A stretch of DNA of 64,000 nucleotides from Candidatus Magasanikiibacteriota bacterium (GCA_023246655.1 JAHFHX010000001.1:28648-92647); one strand, 5' to 3'; shown: positions 47,926-58,570, counted from the first letter of the stretch. The notes: generated by a model from the letters alone, not told the origin. Numbers and translations are program-made.

Positions 47926-48540
47926 ATGAAAGTCATTCATATTATTCCCTCAGCCTTTAGTTATTTTGATGATATTCGTTCCAATGCGTTTTATGTGGTA
48001 GATAATCTCAGCAAGATTGGGGTAGAAACAGAGGCTATTACTATTGAGTTTGGGATGACGGTACCCACTGCTGTTCGTGAAGCGATTGGGGAAGAAGCAC
48101 CTTCCCAAAAATATCAGGGACTGGCTCCCATGTCTCAGGTTATGGCATCGCTCGATCAGTTTGATATTATTCACGTCCATTGTCCGCTGTTTGGTGCCGC
48201 GGGAAAAATTCTTAGTTGGAAGCGCCAGCATCCTAACCGCTGTTTAGTAGTAACCTACTATCGCCGGGTAATGATACCAGATTTTTTTAGCTTACTCATC
48301 GTTGCCTATAATTTTTATTATCTACCACGTTTGCTGGCCGCGGCGGAAGTAGTAATAACCCCGGCATTACGTAGTATGCCTTGGAGCTTACAACGCCGGA
48401 ATCAACGGATAATTGAAATTGATGAATCTCCTAGTTTTAACGGCGTTGATGTGACAGTTAACCCGGATGGAGAAGTGTTATCTCCCGGAGAGCAGCTTGC
48501 CATGAAATATGCCATGGTGTATACTACTATCGTTAATTAA
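47926..48540 (+). CDS. GT4 N-terminal-like domain protein lacking the C-terminal domain
   Basis: MKVIHI, FDIIHVHCP, VVTY; about 200 aa only. Confidence 0.6.
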   Translation: MKVIHIIPSAFSYFDDIRSNAFYVVDNLSKIGVETEAITIEFGMTVPTAVREAIGEEAPSQKYQGLAPMSQVMASLDQFDIIHVHCPLFGAAGKILSWKRQHPNRCLVVTYYRRVMIPDFFSLLIVAYNFYYLPRLLAAAEVVITPALRSMPWSLQRRNQRIIEIDESPSFNGVDVTVNPDGEVLSPGEQLAMKYAMVYTTIVN

Positions 48541-48572
48541 AATTTGTATTTTCTATTAATTAATATTAATTT

Positions 48573-49424
48573 ATGGAAGAAAAGAAATCATTTTTTGAAT
48601 TACTCGATCCTAAAAATGCTCTTATTGTTGGCGTAATTGGAGGGTTGCTTACATTGGGAACACTTGGTTTTATTGTACTTGGAATTTTGTTCCTTAAGGG
48701 TGACGTTAAATTTTCAGCAATATCACTGGCGCCAACGGTAGCCCCAGTCGCCAATCAATTAGCGGCGCAACCAGCACCAACACCACCAGCCAATATTCCT
48801 AAAACCGATCGACCGAAAGTGGAGCTTTTTGTGATGTCGTATTGTCCGTTTGGTCTCCAGATGCAAAAAGCTTATGCACCAGCGTGGGAACTTCTTGAAG
48901 GCAAAGCTGATATTGATGTGAAATTTGTTTCCTATGCTATGCATGAATTGAAAGAAGTTGAGGAAAATACTCGCCAGTATTGTATTGAACAGGAAGAGCC
49001 GAGCAAATACATTGCTTATCTGAAATGTTTTACGACCAGCGGTGATTATAAATCTTGTATGAGCACCGCGGCTATTAACACATCGAAAATCGATCGGTGT
49101 TATACTGCTACCGATAAAAAATTTGGTGTGATGGCTGAATATAATAACAAAAGTAAGTGGCTTTCCGGACGTTTCCCGGTGTACCCAATTCATCAGAAAT
49201 TAAATGATACGTATGGCGTGCAAGGATCGCCAACCTTGATAATTAATGGTGTATTGGCAGAAGTTGGACGAACCCCCGAAGCAGTTAAACAAGCAATTTG
49301 TGCCGCCTTTACCAACCCGCCCGTGGAGTGTGGACAGCCCTTAAGTAACTTGGCATTCCAACCAGGATTTGGTGCTGGTCAAGCTGCGGCGGCAGGAGCG
49401 ACGCAGCCAGGGTGCGGAACCTAA
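48573..49424 (+). CDS. membrane-anchored thioredoxin/DsbA-fold protein
   Basis: TM; FVMSYCPFG; GVQGSPTLIING. Confidence 0.75.
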   Translation: MEEKKSFFELLDPKNALIVGVIGGLLTLGTLGFIVLGILFLKGDVKFSAISLAPTVAPVANQLAAQPAPTPPANIPKTDRPKVELFVMSYCPFGLQMQKAYAPAWELLEGKADIDVKFVSYAMHELKEVEENTRQYCIEQEEPSKYIAYLKCFTTSGDYKSCMSTAAINTSKIDRCYTATDKKFGVMAEYNNKSKWLSGRFPVYPIHQKLNDTYGVQGSPTLIINGVLAEVGRTPEAVKQAICAAFTNPPVECGQPLSNLAFQPGFGAGQAAAAGATQPGCGT

Positions 49425-49458
49425 TTTTAAGAGCAGTAAGTACTTAAAACTCACTAGT

Positions 49459-49770
49459 ATGGGAAACTTTAAAAAAGGGCTTTTTCTTGGTGGTCTTGTT
49501 GGGGCAGCACTTATGTGGCTCAATGCCACGCCGAAGGGAAAAGAAATGCGAGCTAAACTTGTGTTGCATCTTGAACCTCTTTATGTTGAGCTTAAAGCTA
49601 GTCTTAAACAGCTTGAGGGGCCAACCAAAGAAATGTATGATGCTTTGGTGGAGCGAGCGGTTGAAGAGTATGGCGCTAAAAAGCAATTAGCGGGAGAAAT
49701 GAGAAATGTTCTCATGCGCGAATTAAAGAAGAAATGGCATGAGCTCGAAAAAGAACTGAATCAATCCTAA
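49459..49770 (+). CDS. YtxH-like protein
   Basis: FKKGLFLGGLVGAALMWL..TPKGKEMR. Confidence 0.75.
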   Translation: MGNFKKGLFLGGLVGAALMWLNATPKGKEMRAKLVLHLEPLYVELKASLKQLEGPTKEMYDALVERAVEEYGAKKQLAGEMRNVLMRELKKKWHELEKELNQS

Positions 49771-49785
49771 GTATACAACCCCCGA

Positions 49786-51573
49786 TTATTTCGGGGGATT
49801 TTTTTCTATATCCTCTACTACCAGTTGCAATTCTCGGTTTCCGTTCCATTCGTTTACTCCAACGGTAAAGGCTATATTAATTATATCGCCTGGTTTCAAA
49901 TTCACTTTCCAATTAGCCGGATGGCGTTCTGCATCTCCAAAACCAAACGCGATAGTTTTACGGACTACGTGAGAATTATGTTTTACCATAAGACGTAGGT
50001 GTTTGCCATCTTGTCCAACGGGTTCTACACCCATAACGGTGAGCCTATATGCAGCATACATTGGTTCTTCGTTGGCTTGGCCAAAGGGCGCAAATTTTTC
50101 TAAGAGATCATAGAGCTTCCAATTTATTTCATCCAAATCGATTTTAGCATCAATGTGAATTTGTGGGGTAAGATCGAGGTCAGCGCAACCAGCCGTGGCT
50201 TTTTCTAGCATCGTTTTTTTAAAATTCTCCAATATTTCTGGACTCTTTAACGAAAATCCACAGGCCTGCGGATGGCCGCCGAATTTTTGAAAAAATTCCG
50301 GAATAGTTTTGAGCGTTTCAATCATATTAAATCCAGGAACCGAGCGTCCCGAGCCGGTAATAATCTCATTATTTAACCCCATCACCAGAGTTGGTTTGTA
50401 GAATTCTTCTTTAAGACGACTGGCGATTAATCCTAAAATTCCAGTGCTCCACCCTTCGCCTAGAACAAACAAGATCGGATTCTTTTCTTGTTGCTGTTTC
50501 ACAATCTGATAACGTGCTTGGAGCACCAACTGTTCGGTTAATTTTTGACGGTCAACATTGCTCTTGGAGAGTTGCTCGGCGAGCTCCGTAGCTTCGGCTT
50601 CAGTTTCCGCCATAAGAAGCTTAAAGGCAGCGTTAGCGTGGTCCATGCGCCCGGCAGCATTAATACGGGGAGCAATTTGGAACCCAATCGTATGGGTATC
50701 AAACGTTCGTTTTGATTCACCATTCTCATTCACGAGCCCAGCAGAGATAAGTAGTTGTTTAAGTCCTCGATTGCGCGTTTTGTTAAGTACCATTAGGCCA
50801 TAGCTTACCATGGTTCGTGATTCCCCGGTGAGTGGCACCATGTCGGCAACGGTTGAGATTGCTACTAGATCTAGCAACCATTTTTCAAATGATTCATGTG
50901 ATTGACCGTCTGGAAACAATGGCGTAGTACTTATTTCTTGATGTCGTTTCAGTAGTGCCTGGACTAATTTAAATGCCACCCCACCGCCAGCCAAAGTTTT
51001 ATCGGGATATTTTTCTTTTGGAACCAAAGGGTGAATAATAGCATGAGCTGGAGGAAATACGGCCGGCATTGCGTGGTGATCGGTTACAATTACCTGCATT
51101 CCAAGATTTTTTGCCAAAGTAATTTCTTCTGTGTTGCTAATGCCACAGTCGCACGTTATAATAAGATCGGTTCCGCCATCTTTTAAAAATTGGACCGTGC
51201 GACTGTTGAGTCCGTAGCCATCAATTTCGCGATGGGGAAGAAAAATGTCGGTATTAGTGGCTCCTAATTTTTTAAGACATAACATGATCACAGCGGCGGC
51301 GCATACCCCATCAGCATCATAATCACCGTGCACGACAATTTTTTTATCATTCTTAATGCAATCAAAAATAATGGCCACGGCCTTTTCCATGTCATTAAAA
51401 AGAAACGGGTCATGGAGATCCGTCAAATAATCTGGATTCAAGAATTCATCAATTTGTTCCTGTGTTCTGAGCCCTCGATTCCAGAGGAGTTGAGCGATAT
51501 TCGCCAAGAGTTCCGGGTGTTCATTGAGGAATTCTTGAGGCGGTGGAGGTGCGATAATCCATTTTTTAGACAC
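49786..51573 (-). CDS. recJ: ssDNA-specific exonuclease RecJ
   Basis: HGDYDADG, TCDCG, TDHH, ADMVPL, APRINAAGR, GSGRS, FGGHPQACG; GTG start inferred. Confidence 0.96.
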   Translation of the reverse strand: MSKKWIIAPPPPQEFLNEHPELLANIAQLLWNRGLRTQEQIDEFLNPDYLTDLHDPFLFNDMEKAVAIIFDCIKNDKKIVVHGDYDADGVCAAAVIMLCLKKLGATNTDIFLPHREIDGYGLNSRTVQFLKDGGTDLIITCDCGISNTEEITLAKNLGMQVIVTDHHAMPAVFPPAHAIIHPLVPKEKYPDKTLAGGGVAFKLVQALLKRHQEISTTPLFPDGQSHESFEKWLLDLVAISTVADMVPLTGESRTMVSYGLMVLNKTRNRGLKQLLISAGLVNENGESKRTFDTHTIGFQIAPRINAAGRMDHANAAFKLLMAETEAEATELAEQLSKSNVDRQKLTEQLVLQARYQIVKQQQEKNPILFVLGEGWSTGILGLIASRLKEEFYKPTLVMGLNNEIITGSGRSVPGFNMIETLKTIPEFFQKFGGHPQACGFSLKSPEILENFKKTMLEKATAGCADLDLTPQIHIDAKIDLDEINWKLYDLLEKFAPFGQANEEPMYAAYRLTVMGVEPVGQDGKHLRLMVKHNSHVVRKTIAFGFGDAERHPANWKVNLKPGDIINIAFTVGVNEWNGNRELQLVVEDIEKNPPK

Positions 51574-51590
51574 AAATGTAGGTAAGTAAG

Positions 51591-51998
51591 TTATTTCCCC
51601 ATTTCTTTTTTGGTAAATAATTTTTTCCATCTTAACTCCCGGAAGTCCCAGTACGAATCAGCTAAAAAACAGGTAAAGAGAATGAACATTAATTCCAGTG
51701 ACCAATACTCGGCAGCTGGGAGCGGGGTCTGGTAGCTCGCAAACAGCAGTATTCCAAATATAATCCAATAAACAACAGTTTTGGTTGTTAGATGGCGGAA
51801 TTCCTGTTTTTTTATGTGGCTCCGAATATGCCACAACATAATTCCATAGAGCATAATCACCGGTCCGGCAATGAACCATTCGTATTCATGGGGGTCAGCT
51901 CCCCACTGCTTCATGAGTGCGAATGCCGACCAGAGAATAGCGGACAAGGCAAAAAATAGAAATACGATATCGAGCTGGTATTTTCGGAGTAAGACCAT
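51591..51998 (-). CDS. hypothetical 4-TM membrane protein
   Basis: Hydrophobic ORF co-oriented with its neighbours. Confidence 0.7.
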   Translation of the reverse strand: MVLLRKYQLDIVFLFFALSAILWSAFALMKQWGADPHEYEWFIAGPVIMLYGIMLWHIRSHIKKQEFRHLTTKTVVYWIIFGILLFASYQTPLPAAEYWSLELMFILFTCFLADSYWDFRELRWKKLFTKKEMGK

Positions 51999-52104
51999 AC
52001 AACAATGCTAATCTACAAATTTTTATCCGAATTTACTAATGTCCTAGTAATGGCGAATATTAATTTGTCTTATTAGGATATTCGTAGATTCGGATTATAT
52101 ATGT

Positions 52105-52200
52105 TTATTGGAACGCCGGAGCAATAGTAAAAAAGAGCATCGCCACGATGCCAATAATAGCAATTAATATCCACAGAGCTTTGCGAGTTTTTCGTTTCAT
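52105..52200 (-). CDS. 31-aa single-TM small protein MKRKTRKALWILIAIIGIVAMLFFTIAPAFQ
   Basis: ATG overlaps the upstream stop (ATGA); basic N-terminus plus TM; not in the ORF track. Confidence 0.65.
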   Translation of the reverse strand: MKRKTRKALWILIAIIGIVAMLFFTIAPAFQ

Positions 52201-52544
52201 ATACTAGTGGTTTTGTTTTTTAGACTGTAGCGAAAAGTGAGTCGCCATGTTCTATCTTGTTTTTGTTGTAACTCAATTTTAGATGTCTTAGCATCTTTTA
52301 GAGCAATATGATTGTTACTTGTATATCCTAAACCAACTAAGGTATCAAAAACTATTCCACCAGGGTGGTTCATTAATAAATCGACCTGGTCCTCGGAAGG
52401 GCGGCCGTCAAAATCAATTACAAACAGTGTATCTGTATTTGTGGTTGAAATTCTAACGTCGGTAATTCTTTTCAGCTCAAGATTACCCTCTCGACGTTGG
52501 GGGTTATAGCCAACTTCTTCTGTAAAGGGAGGTCGCCTGCGCAT
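52197..52544 (-). CDS. hypothetical protein
   Basis: Open frame directly after lepA. Confidence 0.6.
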   Translation of the reverse strand: MRRRPPFTEEVGYNPQRREGNLELKRITDVRISTTNTDTLFVIDFDGRPSEDQVDLLMNHPGGIVFDTLVGLGYTSNNHIALKDAKTSKIELQQKQDRTWRLTFRYSLKNKTTSI

Positions 52545-52559
52545 AGGTGAAAAATTTAA

Positions 52560-54422
52560 TTATCTTTTTAAAACTGCTAAATACGCTTCTGAAGGGATGT
52601 CTACTTTTCCGTGCGCTTTCATTCGTTCCTTGCCTTTCTTTTGTTTTTTCAGGAGTTTCATTTTTCGGGTCACGTCACCACCACTCATTTTAGCAAGCAC
52701 ATCTTTGCGCAAGGCAGAGAGTCGTTCGGCGGCAATTATTTTACCACCAATCGCAGCTTGAATTTTAAGTTCAAACTGTTGTTTTGGCAGACTCTCTTTG
52801 AGCGATTCCACAATTTTTTTACCTGTCGCATAAGCCGCATCTTTCCAAACCAGCGTGGTAAGTGCCTCGACCAGCTCTTCCGCAACCAGAATCTCCAACT
52901 TTACGACCTCGGTTGGCTCGTATTGTTTCAATTCATAATTCATGGAGGCATACCCGGACGTGACTGTCTTTAGCTTATCATAAAAATCAGTCACGAGCGA
53001 GGCTAGTGGGATTTCGTAATGCAAGAGTGCGCGTTGGTCTACGCCTGTGCTTAAGTACTCGGTATTGATATAGCGACCTTTACGTTCGGCAATGAGCCCC
53101 ATTACACTGCCAACGTAATCTTTAGGGGTAATGATATCAAGGGTCATCCAGGGTTCTTCGACCGTCATAATATAATTGGAGTCAGGCATTTCTTGTGGAC
53201 TCCGAACCAAGAGTTTATCCTCGTTCATTTTTTTTACACGGTACGCTACACTTGGTACGGTAATAATTATCTCCAAGTCGTGTTCGCGCTTCAAGCGTTC
53301 TTGAAAAATATCCAGGTGGAGCATTCCAAGGAAACCACATCGGAAACCAAACCCGAGCGCTTGGGAGTGTTCTGGTTCATACATCAAGGAAGAATCGCTT
53401 AATTTAAGTTTATCAATCGCGTCCCGGAGTTCCTGGTAGGCACTACCTTCTTTCGGAAAAATGCCAGCAAAAACCATGGGTTTGACTTCTTTATAGCCAG
53501 GGAGTGATTCGCGGGCAGTTGGATTGCTATCCTCATCAAGTGTCGTAATTGTATCACCCACACGACAATCCTGTACCTCTTTAAGGCCAGTTACGACATA
53601 ACCAATTTCACCATTCATGAGCCGTTCAGCCGGAACAAATTTAGGTGAGTAATAGCCAAGTTCTAGAATTTCCACCTCCGCATGCGTAGACATAAAATAA
53701 ATTTTGTCTCCCTTCTTGAGAGCCCCATCAACAATCCTCACGGAAGTAACCACTCCCTTATATTCATTAAATTGCGAATCAAAAATGAGTGCTCGGGCCG
53801 GTTTTATAGAGTTATCTGGTGGGGGAGGAATACGTTCCACGATCGCTGTAAGGATTTCGGCGACTCCGTGTCCAGTTTTTCCCGAAGCCAGGAGAATTTC
53901 ATTTTCTCGACATCCTAATAAATGTATAATTTCGGCTTTCGTTTTTTCTACATTCGCAATCGGCATGTCGATTTTGTTGATGACTGGAATAATGGTCAAA
54001 TTTTGTTCCAAAGCAAGATACAGGTTTCCAATCGTCTGTGCTTGTACGCCTTGGGTGGCGTCCACCAGGAGAATGGCGCCTTCCACAGCAGCGAGGGAAC
54101 GAGAAACTTCGTAATTAAAGTCGACGTGACCGGGAGTGTCAATGAGATTGAGGACTACGGTCGATGGACTACGGACTACGGCCTGATCACGCTGGTTGTC
54201 TGTGGTCTGTGGTCTGTGGTCTGTGGTCTCGTACAACATACGCACCGGCGCCAGCTTAATCGTTATCCCTCGTTCTCGCTCTAAATCCATACTATCAAGC
54301 AGTTGGCTTTTCATGTCACGTTTGGATACCGTTCCGGTTAATTCTAAAAAGCGATCAGCGAGTGTTGATTTGCCATGATCAATGTGAGCGATGATACAAA
54401 AATTTCTAATCCGAGTATTCAT
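52560..54422 (-). CDS. lepA: elongation factor 4
   Basis: IRNFCIIAHIDHGKSTLADR, LNLIDTPGHVDF, GFRCGFLGMLH, GGDVTRK.KLL.KQK.GK. Confidence 0.98.
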   Translation of the reverse strand: MNTRIRNFCIIAHIDHGKSTLADRFLELTGTVSKRDMKSQLLDSMDLERERGITIKLAPVRMLYETTDHRPQTTDNQRDQAVVRSPSTVVLNLIDTPGHVDFNYEVSRSLAAVEGAILLVDATQGVQAQTIGNLYLALEQNLTIIPVINKIDMPIANVEKTKAEIIHLLGCRENEILLASGKTGHGVAEILTAIVERIPPPPDNSIKPARALIFDSQFNEYKGVVTSVRIVDGALKKGDKIYFMSTHAEVEILELGYYSPKFVPAERLMNGEIGYVVTGLKEVQDCRVGDTITTLDEDSNPTARESLPGYKEVKPMVFAGIFPKEGSAYQELRDAIDKLKLSDSSLMYEPEHSQALGFGFRCGFLGMLHLDIFQERLKREHDLEIIITVPSVAYRVKKMNEDKLLVRSPQEMPDSNYIMTVEEPWMTLDIITPKDYVGSVMGLIAERKGRYINTEYLSTGVDQRALLHYEIPLASLVTDFYDKLKTVTSGYASMNYELKQYEPTEVVKLEILVAEELVEALTTLVWKDAAYATGKKIVESLKESLPKQQFELKIQAAIGGKIIAAERLSALRKDVLAKMSGGDVTRKMKLLKKQKKGKERMKAHGKVDIPSEAYLAVLKR

Positions 54423-54476
54423 ATTTTTACCTAGGCACCACCATATCAAATTTGATACCTTTATATCGTATTCTGT

Positions 54477-56099
54477 TTATAACCCTTCAGCCTCATCAAT
54501 CCCTGCCGGTACATTCCAGAGCCGAAGCCAACGGCGCTTGAGGCTGGCGTGCAGATGTATCATTTCATGTACCTTTAGGCAGTAACAAATTATTCCGTAC
54601 ACCAAAAGCCCTACCGTACCAGAAATAAACCCTTGCAACAGAATACCCCAAAAGCGGTTAAGATCAAGTACCCCAGCGAGTGGAAATTTGAGGAATTGGA
54701 TAGTGAGCCCCATCGCGCAGGCGGCGATAGCAACCCTATAGAACATGTGGAATAATTTTCCTTCCTCAATCGAACCTGATTCTATCCGCAGAGCAATAAT
54801 GAGCATGAGAGCGTTAAGTATTGCGCCAATTGAACTCGCGAGAGCAAGCCCGGCCACGCCAAGCGGTCTCATTAGGATGAGGGCAGCAATAATTGCTATC
54901 AGTTCAGCAATGACGCCAAGAGTAAAGGGAGTTTTGGTATTGGAAAGAGCGTAGAACGCTCGGGCGTAGAGTGGAACAAGAGACTGGGCAAAGAGTCCGA
55001 GCGCAAAGAATGCTAGTGTGTTGGCAGTGGCGATGGTAGCTCGCCAATCAAAGGCGCCAGTACCATAAAAAACACGTACAATTTGTGCACGCAAGAGCAG
55101 AATAATTATTGCAATTGGAATAATAAGAAACAGGATTTGCCGTGTCGTGGCGCTGAGGTGTTCAATAAAACCAGCTCCATTTTTTTTTGCTACCATGGTT
55201 GAAAGTACTGGAAATACTGCCAACGCAAATGGTATGCCAATAATACCAATTGGCACGCCCTGTAAATTGTTCGCTAAATTATAAACTGTTATGCTCCCCG
55301 CCGGCAGGAAGGATGCTAATATGGTAACCACCACGACATTCAGTTGGGTGATAGCAAGGCCAAGCGTGCGTGGAATCATCAATTTACCAATGGTGAGCGT
55401 GTTGGTGTCTTTAAGATTAAATGACCAGTGCCAGCGAAAACCGCTGGCATAGGCCCCATAACATTGAATCCCAGCGTGGAGGAGAGCTCCCAGTACTACC
55501 CCGGCTGCAAGACCTTGAATCCCGAGGGCTGATTTTGTAAGGAGGGTGGCTCCGAGAATAATTCCAATGTTATAAAAGATTGGTGCAATGGAATAGAGAA
55601 TAAATTGTTTCAGGGATTGTAAAATGCCCCCTAGCACCATGGAGATTCCTAAGAGAACCGGAGAGAGGAACATGATGCGAGTGAAGGAAAGTACGAGTTG
55701 TTGGTTGGCGCCCGAGAATCCTGGTGCAATAATTTTGGATAATGGTGCGGTAAAAATTATGCCGAGTCCGAATAAAACCACTAGGGCTAAACCAACAATA
55801 TTAATAATATTATTAGCTAACCGCCATGCTGGAGCTTTATTATCATTGGTATAAAAAAGTTTGGTGAAGGTAGGAATAAACCCTGCGGTTAGTGCTCCTA
55901 CAATGAGTAAATTATAAATTAAGTCAGGAATTTTAAATGCCGCGTAGTAAGCATCCAGTACTGCTCCGGCCCCAAAATAATGTGCAAAAACACGATCGCG
56001 GACTACACCAACCAGGCGACTCGTCAACGTCGCCACTGCAATAACGATCGCAGCGCCGGTAATTGATTTAGATTCAGCAGTTAATAAGCGTGAAATCAT
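54477..56099 (-). CDS. murJ: lipid II flippase MurJ (MviN)
   Basis: SRLVGVVRD...FGAG...DAYYAAFKIPD; RAFYALSNTKTP. Confidence 0.95.
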   Translation of the reverse strand: MISRLLTAESKSITGAAIVIAVATLTSRLVGVVRDRVFAHYFGAGAVLDAYYAAFKIPDLIYNLLIVGALTAGFIPTFTKLFYTNDNKAPAWRLANNIINIVGLALVVLFGLGIIFTAPLSKIIAPGFSGANQQLVLSFTRIMFLSPVLLGISMVLGGILQSLKQFILYSIAPIFYNIGIILGATLLTKSALGIQGLAAGVVLGALLHAGIQCYGAYASGFRWHWSFNLKDTNTLTIGKLMIPRTLGLAITQLNVVVVTILASFLPAGSITVYNLANNLQGVPIGIIGIPFALAVFPVLSTMVAKKNGAGFIEHLSATTRQILFLIIPIAIIILLLRAQIVRVFYGTGAFDWRATIATANTLAFFALGLFAQSLVPLYARAFYALSNTKTPFTLGVIAELIAIIAALILMRPLGVAGLALASSIGAILNALMLIIALRIESGSIEEGKLFHMFYRVAIAACAMGLTIQFLKFPLAGVLDLNRFWGILLQGFISGTVGLLVYGIICYCLKVHEMIHLHASLKRRWLRLWNVPAGIDEAEGL

Positions 56100-56785
56100 G
56101 GTGATGGTGGGGCAAAATTGAGTGTGAGTAACGCATACGCCGTACCAATTTTTTGCTCTTCGGTGCGGGCAATGGTGAGTGTCCCCGCAGTGTCATTCTT
56201 GTTAAAGGTAATTTGTCTGCTGTTGCTATTTTGATTCTCTTCGGAAATTGTATATCCTGCTTTGCGCAACTCCTTTTTATAGTACGACATAATAAACCCT
56301 GGCTCAGCATCAAGATTTTTCCATTCAATTTCTATACTATCACGCGGGTCACCAACCGGTGTTTGAATTAACTGCCAGATTCGTTTAAGGTAGTGAGATT
56401 GCTCTTCTGATGGCGTTGGTTCTGGTTCGGACGCTGTGCTGTAGTTGGAATTAGTACGTAGTAATAGTGGTGATAAAATAATTTTTGGGAAGAAAGCGGC
56501 TAATTCAAGACCGCGGCTTTTATATTTTCCCGAGATAAATGTTATTTGTTCAATATTGTCTTTATCATAGAGTGGAATATCGATTGGAAAATGAGCGGGA
56601 AGTGTTTTTATGGTTTTTGGACCTGGGCCAATAGCCAACCACACAGCGATAATGATTGCAATTACAAAAAGTATCACACTACTGCAACCAGTGAGACAGG
56701 TGCGACGGAAGCCAGAATGATGTTTGCTTAATTCTTCAATTGGTGGTTCAACAATTTCGATTTTGTCGATATTCGGACGACGCAT
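56096..56785 (-). CDS. hypothetical single-TM protein
   Basis: CLTGC followed by a TM segment; FPIDIPLY. Confidence 0.7.
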   Translation of the reverse strand: MRRPNIDKIEIVEPPIEELSKHHSGFRRTCLTGCSSVILFVIAIIIAVWLAIGPGPKTIKTLPAHFPIDIPLYDKDNIEQITFISGKYKSRGLELAAFFPKIILSPLLLRTNSNYSTASEPEPTPSEEQSHYLKRIWQLIQTPVGDPRDSIEIEWKNLDAEPGFIMSYYKKELRKAGYTISEENQNSNSRQITFNKNDTAGTLTIARTEEQKIGTAYALLTLNFAPPSP

Positions 56786-56987
56786 AGATATAATATAAAT
56801 CGACGGAATTACAGATACAAAAAAATTACCTCCGTACACCCGGCTTGTTTCTTGTAGTATAGCAATAAAGTTCGTTTTTGCCTAGCCTAGACTATATTGC
56901 TCTTTTGTTAAGCGACTGATATACTTAACACAGATTATGCGGATTACAATCTGTGTAATCCTCACAAAAATGTGTGTAATCTGTGTT

Positions 56988-58457
56988 ATGCGTATTACTT
57001 TTTTCGGTGCCGCCGGTGAGGTAACTGGTTCTTGTAGTCTGCTTGAAGTCGGTCCCTATAGAATTCTAATTGATTGCGGGATGTTTCAGGGCAGCCTTGA
57101 AATGGAAGCTATGAATCATCAGGCATTACCTTTTGATCCTAAGAGTTTGACCCATGTTTTTATTACCCATGCGCATCTTGACCATACCGGCCGGCTGCCG
57201 CTCTTGGTTAAGCAGGGGTATGTTGGCTATTTTTATGCCACTGCCCCCACCATGGAGCTCGCGGAATTGGTCATGCGGGACGCTCATGGCATCATGTTAT
57301 ATGATCATCAACATTTTGGTCGGCCAATTCTATATGGCGAAGAAGATATTGCTGGTGTAATGACCCAGTTTAAGACGGTGGAGTATGGGGAAGAGATGGA
57401 ATTCCCCGCTTGGGCGGGGAAGGCCTCGCAGCCAGGGGTGGGTGAGACCATTGAGTCGCCACTTGCCACTGCCACGCAACGACCTCACCCACCCCTACCC
57501 CGCCCAAGCGGGGAATCGAACGTTGCCGAAAGTGTCACCGTCACCTTCCACGACGTCGGCCACATTTTTGGTTCGGCCTTTATTGAGATCAGAGCCGAAG
57601 GCAAAAAAATTGTTTTCTCCGGAGATGTCGGCAACGTTCATGTGCCAATTTTACGCGATACAGAACCACTCCCGTCTAACCTTGATCTCTTGGTGTGTGA
57701 GTCCACGTACGGCGATCGCCTGCATGAAGTGCAGGCCACGCGTGAAGAAATGATTGAACAAGCGATCCTTAACGCCGTTAAAGGTGGGGGAGTGCTTATG
57801 ATTCCGTCATTTGCTTTGGAACGGACCCAAGAACTTATTTATGAACTTAACAAACTCATTGATCACAAACATAAACTAACCAACGTCCCCATTTATCTGG
57901 ACAGCCCGCTCGCCATTGATGCTACCAAAGTGTATCGCAAGTACCCACAATATTATGACGAAAAAGCCGCCGAATATTTTAAAGAGGGTGATGATATTTT
58001 TACCTTTCCTAATCTCATTACCACTTATTCTCGGGAAGAGTCAATGAAAATTAATCACACGCCGGGCCCCAAAGTTATTATCGCTGGCGCCGGCATGATG
58101 AACGGCGGCCGCATCCTCCATCACGCTCTTCATTATTTATCTGATGCCCGTAACACCATTCTTTTCATCGGCTATCAATCACCCAGCACCCTCGGCCGAC
58201 AAATTATGGAAGGCCACTCTCCGGTCACGGTGCACGGTGAACGCGTAGTCGTTAAATGCCAAATAAAAGTTATGGGCGCGCTCTCGGCGCACGGCGATCA
58301 AAATAAACTGGTGAGTTGGATTAGCGCCGGTCGGCCCAAAAGAGTTATCTTCAATCATGGGGAACCCGGGCCCTCTGCGGCGGTGGCGAAAAGGTTGCAG
58401 CAAGAATGCGGTGTTGAAGCTGCTCCAGCAGTGCTCAATTCAACCGTTATTGTTTGA
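56988..58457 (+). CDS. MBL-fold / beta-CASP ribonuclease
   Basis: GAAGEVTGS, THAHLDHTGR, GHIFGS, FSGD, ESTYGDR, LSAHGDQ, NHGE. Confidence 0.93.
   Translation: MRITFFGAAGEVTGSCSLLEVGPYRILIDCGMFQGSLEMEAMNHQALPFDPKSLTHVFITHAHLDHTGRLPLLVKQGYVGYFYATAPTMELAELVMRDAHGIMLYDHQHFGRPILYGEEDIAGVMTQFKTVEYGEEMEFPAWAGKASQPGVGETIESPLATATQRPHPPLPRPSGESNVAESVTVTFHDVGHIFGSAFIEIRAEGKKIVFSGDVGNVHVPILRDTEPLPSNLDLLVCESTYGDRLHEVQATREEMIEQAILNAVKGGGVLMIPSFALERTQELIYELNKLIDHKHKLTNVPIYLDSPLAIDATKVYRKYPQYYDEKAAEYFKEGDDIFTFPNLITTYSREESMKINHTPGPKVIIAGAGMMNGGRILHHALHYLSDARNTILFIGYQSPSTLGRQIMEGHSPVTVHGERVVVKCQIKVMGALSAHGDQNKLVSWISAGRPKRVIFNHGEPGPSAAVAKRLQQECGVEAAPAVLNSTVIV
57401..57516. repeat. palindromic element inserted in-frame in the MBL gene
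   Basis: 19-bp perfect outer IR ATTCCCCGCTTGGGCGGGG and 13-bp inner IR AGGGGTGGGTGAG. Confidence 0.85.
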
Positions 58458-58570
58458 TTCAATTTCTGGTATGTATTTCACAAAGCTTAAAAATATTTTG
58501 CAGAAAAATAAACTATTTTTTATTTTGGTGATCGCTAAGCATTTTAGATAATAAACGTTTTTAAAATAAC

